Shown here: one piece after another, positions 1-12,385 of the stretch
Position numbering within the stretch: position 1 is the first letter of the stretch
Layout: every line of letters starts with the position of its first letter
DNA from: Psammoneis japonica
Taxonomy: Eukaryota
DNA length: 64,000 nucleotides
Reading direction: 5' to 3'
Assembly: GCA_008632985.1 (NCBI GenBank)
Contig: QPGO01000091.1
Coordinates: 62,001 to 126,000, forward strand
The notes under the pieces: model-generated
What the model was told of the DNA's origin: nothing
Databases searched by the model: none
The model's input: the letters and a program-made list of their open reading frames with translations, nothing else
Translations under genes and position numbers: made by a program

Positions 1-65
1 AGGAACTCCGTCTTGTAAAGGCAAAGCTTGAAAGTGCATTAACAAGGAACAAGGAGGCAGAAGCT

Positions 66-1552
66 GTGATGGAGATCAAGTGTGGTGAACTCCGAATTGC
101 ACTCGAAACATCAGACAAGGAGAAAGAGAAACACAAGAAGCAAGCCATCCAGAACATGGAGAATCTCATGGCGACAAAAACAATTCTCTCTCATGATGAT
201 CTAAAGCCTGGAGGCTTGTTGGGGGGGTTTGTTGGGGACTGCACCTGCTTTCCTGCATTTAAATGCAACGAAGCCTTCCTGGACTTTCTTGGTCATGGCG
301 AAGCATGCGATCCCGCGACGGCTTGTGTGAGAACATCAGACGGCACTCCAGGGTCAGCTGGGAAGAAAGGAACGGCAAATCGTGAGAGAGACAGAGCAGT
401 GCAGGAGAGTGGCAATGAGTCAGATTTCTGTGTGCCGCTGGATGATTCAATGGGCGATGGTGAAAATTTTGAGAACTTGACCGAGGATGAAAATGTGGAC
501 CCGAAGCATGGCGGCAGCCGCGAGGGCAGTGGGAAGAAATGGCTCTTGTCTTGGAAGATGGAGTGGCTTGTCTACAATGTGCGCGCTCATTGCGGATTTA
601 CCATGCGACAAATTTGTCCTTTGTTTGGCATGGGGGCACCGGGTCTAGTCTCTGACATGGCACATGGTTGGGCGAACCTGTTGAACGATGCACTCGCTCG
701 CCTCTTTCCAACACCAACACGGAGTCAAATGTTGCGAGCACATCCTGTGAGTGTGATTCGCAAATTTGGTCATGCCCTCATCTTCATGCTTCTAGACGCA
801 ACTGAAGAAGGTGCCCAAAATGCATCAATGAAAACAATGAACTCTGCGTTGTTTTCGGCATGCAAGCATGGATCAACTGTAAAGTGGCTAGTGGGTTCAG
901 ATCCAATTGGAACAACATGGCACAAGTCGACACCAAGAGGACACCCTGGTGGCATCAGTGACCCGGCACAGACAATGGTGACAAAGATTCTTGATCAAGT
1001 TCCGTTTGGGCATGCAGTTGAAGTCGACAAAGGATTCCTGACAGACAACGACTGTGCCATGAAAGGCATCATTTGCACTCGTCCTCAGAAGAAACTGGAC
1101 AACCAAATGCAGCAATCGAAGGCGGACACGGCTTTGACGCAGAAAGTTGGCAAAACAAGAATCCCAACAGAACAAGCCAATGGACAAATGAAACAGTCCA
1201 CTCATTTTTCAACGACAAGATGAAGTTGCTGCAACTTGGATTGGCGGACGTCATGTTCCGTGTCGGATGTCTCGCGCAGAACTTCAAGGTTGGTTTCATT
1301 CAGGAGCAGGATGGAAGGAACGACCAAGAGACTGGGAGGCCTTGTTGTGCAGAGATTCGACATTGCGGAGGGGAAGACAGTGGATCAGTGGACGTGAGAC
1401 CCAATGTTGAGCTTCGGGGAACGGAAAAGGAGATCGAGCGGTGGCAAGAGATTCGAGAAAAAAATGAGGAAATGACCGATCTGGAAGTGTCCGAGAAAGT
1501 TCTAGCTGAGGATTGGCCAGCAAAGCTCAAGGGTGAACTAGACTCACTGTAA
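66..1552 (+). pseudogene. DDE transposase relic (DDE_Tnp_4, ISL2EU/IS5-Harbinger-like), frameshifted near 1205
   Basis: Motif order LDATE...FSA(C)KHGSTVKWLVG.DP.G...G(H)PGGISD...VEVDKGF...RIP.EQANG.MK matches the DDE_Tnp_4 core. The C-terminus continues in ORF 1073-1552. Only 1 Tyr in 385 aa, and positions expected to be Tyr read as Cys/His. Confidence 0.85.
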
Positions 1553-2090
1553 TGTTTGTGATGGTGTGACATTTAGTTCTCCGAATCGGCACCCAGATGT
1601 CGCGACGATCCCGCAGTTGTGCGCCAAAATCCCAGCGCGTTTTGCTCAAGCAGGTGTCACTTCAAAAAGATTTAAAATTATGACACAATCAACAGCTGGA
1701 ACATCATCTACAGAACAAGAGCTTTCTGATGATGTTGCTTTTATTTCCATGCCCCCAACAGATCCGAATTCTCATCCACATGTCCTGCCGACCCCGCACT
1801 TGCGCGCCACAAAATCCCAGTGCGTTTTGCTCGAGCAGGCATTGCTTCAGCAAAAACTGGAATTACAGCACAATCAATGGCAATGACATCATCTGAGGAA
1901 ATGACTGATCTGGAAGTGTCCGAGAAAGTTCTAGCTGAGGATTGGCCGGCAAAGCTCAAGGGTGAACTGGACTCACTGTGATGTTCATGATGGCGCAACA
2001 CTCAGTTCTGTGACCCCAGCAGATCCGAATCGGCATCCAGATGTCGCGATGATCCCGCAGTTGCACGCAAAAATCCTGGTGTGCAAACAA
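1465..2090. repeat. Local direct duplication of the transposase 3' end (about 1465-1655 vs 1894-2085), plus a third partial copy near 1760-1840
   Basis: tgaggaaatgac(c/t)gatctggaagtgtccgagaaagttctagctgaggattggcc occurs twice. A ccgaat...ccc gca.ttg...aaaatcc unit occurs three times. Confidence 0.9.
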
Positions 2091-2214
2091 ATGCAAGTGT
2101 GCCGGTGTCCAAATGAACCGGGGTCTGCCGGTTGCTGAGGTTGGTGAAGGACGAGAATTTCGCTTTTTTGTCGAGTCCTCCAGGGAGCTGCTTCAGCAGC
2201 CCTTTGACACCCAT
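2002..2214 (-). pseudogene. N-terminal fragment of an XPG/FEN1/EXO1-family 5' nuclease
   Basis: MGVKGLLKQL...PVHLDTGTLAF resembles the XPG_N start (MGIxGL...xxIDxS). It is truncated by the duplication. Confidence 0.55.
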
Positions 2215-2524
2215 TCTGAGTGGCCATTTTTGCTTGTGTGTCCGTGTGTGGCAACTTATGTGACAAGAACGACATGGTGAATGCTGCCGCTGCGATGACT
2301 GCTGCAGTGAAAAAATCGAAATGATTTTCAGCTCAAATCCGCTTGACGTACAGTCTGTCTGTCGAACTTGAAATGAAGAAATCGTCGCCCGTTCGTTCGA
2401 TCGAATGAATCATACATCATCATGGCGTCGGGCGGTTCGTCCGGCGGTCGTCACTCGTGTAGCCTTCGCGCGCAACAATCGCGCTCACTTGCCACCCTGC
2501 CTGCGGGCGGCCGCGCGGCGGCGG

Positions 2525-2637
2525 CAGAGGTGCATAAATCGTCTGTTGTCGCCCGATGCGCGCAAACGCGAATTGTGCGCGCGCTGAGTGTGCGAATGCG
2601 CGTGTGCGAACGACAACAGACGATTTGTGCACCTCTG
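2525..2637. mobile_element. Small MITE-like element with 27-bp terminal inverted repeats
   Basis: cagaggtgcataaatcgtctgttgtcg (2525-2551) pairs with cgacaacagacgatttgtgcacctctg (2611-2637), with 1 mismatch. No clear TSD. Confidence 0.6.
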
Positions 2638-4161
2638 GCCTCACGGTGTTTCAGAGCGGCATTGGCTTTGTAGAAATGATTTTTTGTGCCAGCGTAGAAA
2701 TCTACACACATTTCTGGCACACAAAATTCATGCCGACATCAACCTTTTTGTGATCTTTCGACAATGGCGGCGTTCTCGGTTCGCAGCTGTTGCGCCACTG
2801 ACACCTCGTCAATTGTCGCAAAACCTGCAGCATGTTGCTCGTCACCCTCTTCTCAGTTCATTTTTTCCTCTGACATTGCATCTTCTTTGGTCACAATCTT
2901 GAATTTCGATGGCATCAACACAAGGTGAAAATCCAAAGCGGGTGCGAGTTGGTTGTTGGTTTTTAACCCCGCGTTTTCATTTTAAATGCCCACCTGAACA
3001 GCATTTTGCCTTCTCTTTCACTTGATCCCCCAGGGTGTCATTGTTTCGAGCTGCAGTCATCCGGGGAGCCGTTTGCTGAGGCCATGAGCCATGAAGCTTC
3101 TGTTGAAATCTTTCTGTTGGGTGGAGATCACTAAACACGGTGACTGCCCTGTTGGGGTGGACACTCCGATTCGTTTCAAACATTGCCAAAGGAATGAAAC
3201 AAGTCACCCAGTTTCCGTATTTCCTGTTGGAGACTCGAATGAGCAAGCCACACTTGCTAACACCGCGGTCCACTTCGAAGGCAAGATCAAAACATCTGAC
3301 TCTGCTTGTTTGTCTCGTGGAATGAGATGTCTTCTTTAGACAGCTCGAATTTAGAGCCAATAGAAAAATGTAAAAAACACATTAGAACGCCCCATTAACA
3401 TCACAATAGTTTCGTTTTAGAGATGGGAAGGAGCGCCAACCATCAATGGCAGCTCAGCAGCATCAAAGCCATCGGAGCGCGCTCGGTTTCAGAGCTGAGA
3501 TCTGCGTGAATCCATCATTTCGTAAAGAGCATAAAACAGCACCACAACTCATGGACTCATGGGTGATTGATTTACATCAGAAGCCTTTTTCACAACAGTC
3601 ACTGGAAAGGCATAAGACGATGCGATCATCGTCAATCCAGGGTGAGTTCACCGATTTTTGTGATCGAGTGTTCTCTTTGTGACGTCACGTACTAGAAAAT
3701 GTCGTAAAGTCTACACAGAAAACGGAACACCAATTTGAAGCTGCTACTTCGTGGCCAAAATAAGCTTACCATTTGGAGCACATCTAAGAAATGGTCACTC
3801 CAACGAGTAAAGTGAAGGGCTATGGAAGGTGCTCCAAATGCCACAGCAGTTTTGATGTTGTAGTAACATCTTGAAACTTGCAGCTCTGTGTCATTAAGTA
3901 GGATTCCGTAAAATCTACGTGTCATGCATGAAAGCAAGGAATTTTAAAATTATTCGAGGTCGATCGAGCTCCAAAATAATTAATTTTGATTTTAGTCGTA
4001 CAAGTCGAAGCTAATGCCACTCGCGCGTAGAACTGAAACACCGTGGCCTGCGGAACCCGAAGATCGCGGCGCAGGCAGCTGAGCGATCATCACACCATGA
4101 CGAATCCAAATCATCAACGAAACTCCAAGACGTATATGTTTCACTGCAAGTAGGAGGTATC

Positions 4162-4872
4162 ATGGATGATTCATTCGAAGGTGCAATTCATCAAAGTGTC
4201 AGTGATCATTTGGGACACCGACAAGAAGTGGATTCGATCCGCAGCGTGATGGAAGCGTTCAAGCAAGCTGCCAATTTGTGCACCATTCAGCACAAGAACA
4301 AGATTTACGCAACGGGAATGCGTCCAAATCTCAATCTAGCTAGGCCTACACCATCATTTTGGCTCGATTCTGAACAACACATTAGAATTGAACCTTTTGT
4401 AGAAAACAATCAGGCTCAATACTGTGCCATTGAAGATGTTTTAAAGTTGGAACTACACGTGGGTGCTCGAGTGGTATCCTTTTCCGACGCCACACGCACC
4501 AAGTGTGGTCGGTTCGTTGGAGGGTATATTGAATATTACTTTATTTTTGACGATCTCATTCCAGCGAATGGACCAAATAGTTCGGCATTACAAGGGAAAG
4601 TAGGGGTGCTCTATAGGGTTCAACCTGGACTTTTGGCGGACTTGAAACTGGATGCATCGTCTGATGAACGGAACGCTGCAACGCATCCTTCACGTTTCTC
4701 GACCAGTGACTTGCTAGGACCCGTATCATTTACACAAATTTCCTTTATGGCAATGTATGAAACCGGTGAATCTAGCAGCAGTGAATATGATAGTGAGGAG
4801 GACGAAGGCAGCAGTGAATCATCTCAATCTGATAGTGAGGATGACGAAGTCATCGAAGAGAATGAAACCTAG
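4162..4872 (+). CDS. Hypothetical protein with acidic C-terminal tail, copy 1 of a duplicated pair
   Basis: 236-aa ORF with normal composition. It is a paralogue of 11738-12385, sharing FKQAAN.CTIQHKNKIYATGMRP and DASSDERNAATHPSRFSTSDLL. Confidence 0.65.
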   Translation: MDDSFEGAIHQSVSDHLGHRQEVDSIRSVMEAFKQAANLCTIQHKNKIYATGMRPNLNLARPTPSFWLDSEQHIRIEPFVENNQAQYCAIEDVLKLELHVGARVVSFSDATRTKCGRFVGGYIEYYFIFDDLIPANGPNSSALQGKVGVLYRVQPGLLADLKLDASSDERNAATHPSRFSTSDLLGPVSFTQISFMAMYETGESSSSEYDSEEDEGSSESSQSDSEDDEVIEENET

Positions 4873-5529
4873 AGAGCACCCAATTCTACCAGTCGATCAT
4901 GCATTGTTTCAAAGAGGGGTTGCAACTTAAAACTTAAAGAAAAAAATCTACATTTTCTAACATGATAAGCTGAACAGAACGGGGACACAATTCGCACGCA
5001 TTCATCTCGACTACCCAATAGAAACGACCGAATTGAAGCATGCCATATGCATGGAGGCTAGCCGAAAGAATTGGTGGCGTCACAAGTGGGCTTGAGAAGT
5101 TCTCTCGCCAAAGCTGCTGCTCTAGATGCCACCGATGCAAATCGTCCTGACACTGTGAGTTCCTTGAATGAACTGTTCTGGGCACTGGAGAACATCAACG
5201 GCTCCACTCGGAACCGGGCCATGAGGTGATGTCTTTGGCGGGATTTTAAGCAATCAAGACCCGGATTCCCCAAATGCACTGATCCAATTGCACGCGGAAG
5301 TGAGCACAAAAAAACGCTTGAATGCATTCAAGAAGAAGCCAGAGAGTTGGATCTGATTGTTTGTCATTGGTGTGAGAAGAATGTGATGAACTGCTGCCCT
5401 TGCAAGATGCTGCACCAGCAGTGGGCTGCTGCTGCTGCATCCAGTGCTGATGCAATGATTGTCAAGTCCATGTGTTGAAGCAAGAATTTTTAGGCTGGTG
5501 CAGCAACATGGGAGTGTTTGAGCATTGCT

Positions 5530-8500
5530 GTTTCCTGGTGCAACAATGTCCCATGAGTGTGTGGGCAAGAATTGCTCGGCAATGACAAGCTGCAATTTGC
5601 AGCCAGTTTGCTGCTCAGAACTCAGAAATCATTGAAACTTGTTGCACACAAAGTTGATGTGAAATGTGAAGCATTCCAAAGAGTGTCACACAGAACATCC
5701 ACATTCCCTCACATCTTGTCAGTGCACCCCCTCTTGACAAACCAAGAGGCATTTGGCCATGATTGACTCCTTGCTTGTTGTCATGCTGCAAAATCTGCTT
5801 GGTTGTTGCACCCAAAAACTCTGCAAATGATGTTGCCCAATCTGCCAAAACTGACAGACCAAGCACAGAGAATTTTTGTGCATCGCCACATTGTTTGTGG
5901 TTCTGTGAGGTGCTTGGGACAAGAGATTTCACAAGTGCTGCACCCGCCTGTCATCATTTTGGGTTGGGTTGTTCACAGCCCTTCTTGTGGATATCAGCTG
6001 GGTGTGCACATCTGCATGACCTGACCAATGAAAAGAGATGCTTCTGTCCATTGCACCAACGAACATTTTTGAAGCACTTGGGCAGGGGTGCAGCAGCCAA
6101 GCTCATGATTTCTGGTGCAACTGGGCAGTGTGCTCAGCATGCTGATGGCAACAAAGCCCAGCTGCCAACTGCTGTTCATTTGTGACAGACCTTGGCTGGT
6201 AGCCCAATGTTGTTTGCACACTCCATTGGCTTCTTCTGAGCAGTTGACTCTCCATGTGCTGCCCCATGTTAGCATGAAACAATGCCAAAAACAAGTTGTT
6301 GCACTGAGCGGCTCCAGCTGACCAATGTGCCCTCACTGCCACCACACTCATCAGCTCTGTTGTGTGCTCCAATCCATTTTCTCATGCTGCAAATGAAGCA
6401 CACCTGGAGACACCACCAATGTGGCTGCTGCATGTCCAAATTTCTGGCACGATGTTGCTGTTGTTTCAGGGCCAACCACAGCAGTGCACCACATGTGCAC
6501 AAACAAAACTCACACAGTTGAAACAGAATGAGCCATTCTCTTGCATCTTTCATCAACACTCTCATCTGCATTGCAACACCAAGAAAGACATGCTGCAGCA
6601 AGGCAGTGGCAGCAAAGCACTTGTGAAAGTGCTGCTGGCCTTGTGCAAATTTGAGTGGGCTGATGCTGGGTGCAACTGCCACTTTGTTGTTGTTTTGCTT
6701 CATGTTTTGAACACAGAAATGCACACAAATTTGGACTTCATGCCAAATGGCACAAAACTCTCCCAGCTTGTTGTCCAGTTCATTTCAGGCATGCTGGCAC
6801 AGAGCCTTGTGCAACTCTGCCCCAACACACATTTGCACGCAAGTGTGCCACAATGACTTGGGGGGGCTCCAGAGTGTGCACTCATGGAAATCTGGCCAAA
6901 ACTCCCAAATGTGCTGATCAAACAGACTCTGTAGCACAAATTCTGCCCAAATTCTTTGGCCAGCAGCTGGCCAGCATCTGGCCAGAGATGTCCCCCAGCC
7001 CCATCACGCCCAAAGATGCAAGATCTTCCAACATCAAAGCAGTGCACAATGGCGTCAAGCATCTTCCCATTTTTGTGCTTGCTGCAGGAGTGTTGTTCCT
7101 GCACCCAGTTGGCTTGTGTGGCTCTCCCAGATTGTTTTGGTGCAAGGAGATGTTTGTTTTGTCATGAGCAGAGACATGGAGCGACAAATCATTGTTGCAC
7201 ACAAAAGCAACATTCTCCAGTTTGTGCTGACTTGTGGCTTGTTTGTTGCCACCAGAGTGAAGTTGCTGGCATGTGGTGCAGCCAGCTTGCCACCCTCCAA
7301 TTGTCTCATCAGCATTGTCAGGCCACCAGCACATTTGACCTTGAAGCTGACCTTCCAAAGCAAGGTGACATCCTTTGTCAAAACATTTAAAAAAAAGCAT
7401 GTCAGAATGAGGATCTGTTTTGGAGAAGAACACTTGCATCTGCAATGAGTCAATCATTGCTGCTGTGACCCATCACTTGAGAGGCAACCCGAACATCCAA
7501 CAACAGAGTTGCACAACAGCAATGCCAGCTTTCCAGCAGCATGTGTCATGGTGCAAGTTGAACACCAGCCCAGGGCATGGTTCATGCACCACCACCTGAG
7601 GACAGCACGGGCATGGGTGTGCTTGATCATGTGTCATGCGTTGCCCCCCAGGGTTCAGTTTTTGAGCCAAAGTGTCTGCTCTGCACCTCATCTCTGAACT
7701 TTGCACCTCCACATGGGATGTGCACATGGGCTGCCAATGCCTTTCAATCTGCAGCAGTTGAGTGCTTTCATGAGCAGAACCCTGTGCCCTGTCTTGTGCT
7801 CAGATTCAAAGTCTTGAGATCAGCTCTTGGATTCCCATGTGAGAGCTCAAAGCCAAGAAACTCTTCCAGCCATGCCAGTTTTGTGACAGTCTTGGCCACT
7901 TCCTTGGCACATCAAAGCAACTGTTTCAAGTTGCTGAACCCAGTGTGTTGCTTTGCTTCTTTGCTGCTGGGTGCAAGAGCTTGCAGCAACAATGTTGGGG
8001 AGATGGGTGTGGCATTTCAGCACCCATTGTTGCTGTGATCCCAGAGAGTCTGTCATTGGCTGCTCCTGCACAGATTGTTCTCAGTTGCTGTGGTTGACTC
8101 CTTCTCTTTCATTTTTGCCACTCAAGTCAGAGTGGAGAGTTTTGACTCTTCTGTGTGTTTGTTGTTTTTGCATGATGCAAGACCTCTTGTCAAGAACTGT
8201 CTCCATTGGATGTGTGGTCTTTGCAGGGGCATTGTGGCTTTTCTCTGCAACTTGGACAGGAGCTTGAAATGGTGGGGCTGTTGCAGTCTTTTTGATGGCT
8301 GTGGTTCTTTGTCTTTGAACAGCTCCATTGGATTTTTTCATTTCCTGAGATCCTTGCTTTTGCAAAAAGACCACAGTCAAGGTGTTGTGTCCATTCTCAT
8401 CATTGGAGTGCTTTCTGCCAGTGCATGTCATCTGCTTTTTTTCTGCTGGCTTTTCTTTTGACAATGGCGGTGGCAGGTTTGGCACATGAGACAACGTTGA

Positions 8501-11500
8501 CTGTTGTTGTTGTCATGAGTGTGGTCATTGTCATCATTGTCATTGTTGTCATTGTCATGCTGTCATTGTTGTTGTTGTTGTTGTTGTTGTTTGGTGGCAT
8601 GGCATTTGTGCTGCCAGATGGTCATTGTTTGCTGGCAGTTAGAGCTGTTGCTTTTTTCTGCAATTGATCACCATCATCCCCATTTTTGGCTTTGGCACTC
8701 TTGCCCTTTCCTCTCCTCATGACAGTTTCACCCTCTGGCAGCAGCAACAACATGAGCTTCTTTGCTTTTTCCAGCGGTTTTTGGTGGTGTTCTGCACACC
8801 ACAGCCTCACCACTGCTGTGCACTTCCATCAGCAGCTTGCTCATGATGCAATCAAAATCCCACTGGGTTGTTCTTGCTGGCAGAAGCAATGCAGCACAAA
8901 TGACTGAGATGAGTTTCTTCTGCCCAAACAAGCATGACACAGCATTGCATCAAGAACTCCCTTGCCATGACTTGGCCCTCTTCTTCAGCTGCAGCTGTGT
9001 CCTTGAGAATGTTCAGCATTTCATTGGGACAGTGCTCACAATCTACATTTCCACACCCAATGTGTTGAACTTGCATCAAACAGCGTCTTGTGCAGCCAAA
9101 GAACCTGGGTGCAGAAGGCCTTTTCTCTTGCACTTTCTGCCCTTTCTTCCAAAGTCAAGATTGCACTTCACTTTCTCCTTCCTCAACATCTGATGTGCCT
9201 GCCTGAAAGCAATGCCCACATGCACTCAATGCACAAGGTTTGACATCCTTCTAAAGACTCTTTGCTGCTGGGTTCACTCATCAAACAAAATTGACAAATC
9301 ATTGCAACACAGACTCCACATTTGTGCACTCAGTGTCCAAAAAGTGGGAGATGAGTTGGCACTGAGCAACCTTTGCAGACAGATGCATTTGGTCCTTTGA
9401 CAATCTCAGCTTCAAAGCTGGTGAGTTCTTTGTTGAATCCATCCACCCCAACTCCAAGGGGGTTTTGCAACATGTGTCCATTGCTTGTTTTCTCACATGC
9501 AAGAAAAGCCACCACAACCACAGTCCAAATTTTGCAGCTTCAAATTAGAGCCATTCTTGCAGCTGACTTGACATCTTTCACAACGATGCTGCCCATGCTG
9601 GCTTTGCCATTTGGTCCAATGCACATTGAAAGAAAGATGGAATCTCCTGACATCAACCAGTCAACTTCTGCATCAATGGCCAACTTTGCAACACAAGAAC
9701 CCAATTGAGCTGGTGTCAGCACTTCAAATGAAACAAGTCCCTTGTTTGCAAAGTGATGCAATGAACGAATGTTTGCATCTTTGTTGCAAAGCAGCCTGTT
9801 GGCAACTGCAGCCACTTCATTGCATTCATCAACCTGCGTGTCTTTTTTTGAAATTTGTTCACTTGTGCAGTGTGTTTGGCTGCATGGTGGTTGTTCTCAT
9901 CTGACAGCCAGAGATTGCATGTCTCAGCCCACATGACAATGGGATGCATCACTTTGTTTGCTGTCTCTGCATGCCAACAACAAGATCTTTGCTTGGGTGG
10001 GTGTTGTGCAACTTGGTTGATGTTGTGCACAACATGCCAATTGACCAGAAAATTGGACAAGACATGAGACATTTGTTCAGCGACAGCACTGTCTCTGGTG
10101 AGTGTGATGATGTGTCATGTGCGCACTTGCACCCAACAAGATTTGCACCTGTTGCACACTTCACATGACACCCTGGCTGTTGCATGACACCAGTTGCTGC
10201 TTTGTCAACATTTCACAGCATGTCTGCATTCTGACTGGCAACAGCAGCTTTGTGCTTCATGAGAAACATTGCCAAATCACCCAGGGCAGGGCTCCTCTGT
10301 CTGCTGCACTGGACTTTGTCTTGAGATGACAAGCAGATGGGTGGGGTGATGCTGCTGGGGGATGAAAGAGTGAAAGCAATTTGCACACAAATGCAGAATA
10401 AATGGCATGTCCATTCATTGGCACAATGTGGGATGTGAGTCATTCTCAGGTTGGTTTTTGAATTGAAGTGAAAACTGCAGAGTGAGGCTGAAAAGCTCGC
10501 GCATGTGCACTCCACACAAAACTGTGTGGTGTGCCAAACACAAGACTCACTGACAAGCTGCCCATCTTGCACTGCTCTGCATTTTGTCAAACTTCAGCCT
10601 GGTCATTGCTGCAGCATGCACTCACTGGGCATGATTGTTCTGGACCCAAACCATCACCACTGAGACAGTGTAAAAAGTCCACAAAGGCTGGATTTTGTTG
10701 AGAGTTTCACAACTTGTGCATTTGGCAGATGCCTGACAGAAGCACATCAAGGGCAGTGCCACTCTGCCTGCCCCCCCCCGCCCCCTGTCAAAATGGCACC
10801 ATCAGCTGTGCAATGATCATGTCCTCCTCTTAAGAAAAGGCGGGGCACCTCCCAGAATGACCCCAGAGGTCATTCCCTCATTGTCAGACAAGGCTTTCCC
10901 CCCAACTCTGCCTCATCATGGATGCCCCCAGCAACCAAGCCCTTGGCATTGCTCAAATGACTCAAACAGAAGCATGCACATCAAGTGCAGCAGCAAAGTG
11001 CCAGCAAACACATCATGATCCCCAGCTTGAGCCGAGCCACAGAAAACGTCATTGCCAAACACCCGTTGTGGGTTCATCAAGTGCAGCAGCAAAGTGACAC
11101 ATGTGTGACATCCCCCTCTTCCTTGGCACACATGATCAAGCTTGCACCCAATCACAAGGAAAACCTTGTCATCAAGCACCCAGCTTAAAAAAAGTTGGAA
11201 ATGAGAAAAAGAGAGGGAGCTTTGGCAGCTTCTGACCAGGTGTGGTGTTCCCTGGGTGTCATCATGAAACATGCAAGATGCAAAGATCTGATCATTGTGT
11301 GTGTGTCTGCAGTGTGTCATGCTTGTGCTTGTGAACAAGAAGCCCAACACATGACAGTTGGGCATGGACAAATCATGAACTGCAGAGTTTCGCTGCAAAA
11401 GTGCCAAACAAGAATCTCACAACATTTGAGTTGAGTTCAGCTCCCATCTCCTGTCTCAACAAAGTGTTGCTGGAAAAGTGCGAGAAGAAGAGGGAAAAGA

Positions 11501-11600
11501 TTTCACAGACTGCCCAAATGCTGCTTTTTGGCAAGATTGACCCAAGCATTTGCTGGGGGATCACTGTGGTGCAAATGAGGTCAACGAATTTTTCGCCACC
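5530..11600 (-). mobile_element. Heavily mutated repeat or DNA-element relic encoding an XPG/FEN1-like nuclease (about 9300-10200)
   Basis: TA and CG are almost absent. Minus-strand fragments read AKLAIDAEVDWLMSGDS (XPG I-region-like), NPLGVGVDGF (H3TH-like) and KCATGANLVGCK (possible N-domain). Termini are not identifiable. Confidence 0.5.
8495..8592. repeat. (TTG)n/(TCATTG)n microsatellite
   Basis: gtcattgtcatcattgtcattg...ttgttgttgttgttg is visible directly. Confidence 0.85.
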
Positions 11601-11737
11601 GTCCGTGTTTGATCCGCTAGAGCGAGAGCCTCTGAGCGGAACATAATAATGTTATTCGCCCAAAGTTTTGGAGTTTGGGAATACTCGTATTTCGAAATAC
11701 TCCAAGATACGCAACAGTGTCACTGCAAGTAGGTATC

Positions 11738-12385
11738 ATGGATTCATTAGAAGGTGCAATTCGTCTATGTGTAAGTGATCATTTGGGACACCGACAAGAA
11801 GTGGATTCGATCCGTAGCATGATGGAACCGTTCAAACAGGCTGCCAATGTATGCACCATTCAGCACAAGAACAAGATTTACGCAACCGGAATGCGTCCAG
11901 ATCTAAATCTAGCTAATGCACTGTATTGGCGCGATGCAGATGAAGAAAAATATATCATAATGAAACCTTTTGTAGAAAACAACCAGGCTCAACGCTGTGC
12001 CATTGAAGATGTTTTAAAGTTGGAACTGCATGTGGGTGGTCGAGTGGTATCCTTTTGCGACGCCACACGCACCATTTGTGATGACTTCGATGAAAGCACG
12101 GGGGACATTGAATATTGCTTTATTTTTGAAGATCTCATTCCAGACAGTGAACCATATAGTTCAGCAGTAGAAGTGACCGTGCGGGTGGTGTATAGGATTC
12201 AACCTGGACGTTTGGCGGACGTGAACCTGGATGCATCGTCTGATGAACGAAATGCTGCAACGCATCCTTCACGTTTCTCGACCAGTGACTTGCTAGACCC
12301 CGTAATATTTTGCCCTATTACTTTTACGGCAATGTATGAAATCGATAGTGAGGATGACGAAGGCGTCGAAGAGAATGAAACCTAG
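11738..12385 (+). CDS. Hypothetical protein, copy 2 of the duplicated pair
   Basis: ATG at 11738 aligns with 4162. Homology continues about 600 bp beyond the stop. Confidence 0.65.
   Translation: MDSLEGAIRLCVSDHLGHRQEVDSIRSMMEPFKQAANVCTIQHKNKIYATGMRPDLNLANALYWRDADEEKYIIMKPFVENNQAQRCAIEDVLKLELHVGGRVVSFCDATRTICDDFDESTGDIEYCFIFEDLIPDSEPYSSAVEVTVRVVYRIQPGRLADVNLDASSDERNAATHPSRFSTSDLLDPVIFCPITFTAMYEIDSEDDEGVEENET

Noticed and set aside
2977..3360. 127-aa minus-strand ORF at the edge of the first domain
   Set aside because: No recognisable domain, and it lies in stop-depleted sequence.
5250..11650. Dozens of overlapping Cys/His/Gln-rich ORFs in all six frames (also at 28-37, 52-58 and 62-64 kb)
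   Set aside because: These are by-products of TA loss, which removes TAA/TAG stops and enriches TGC/CAC/CAA codons. They are not real metal-binding proteins.
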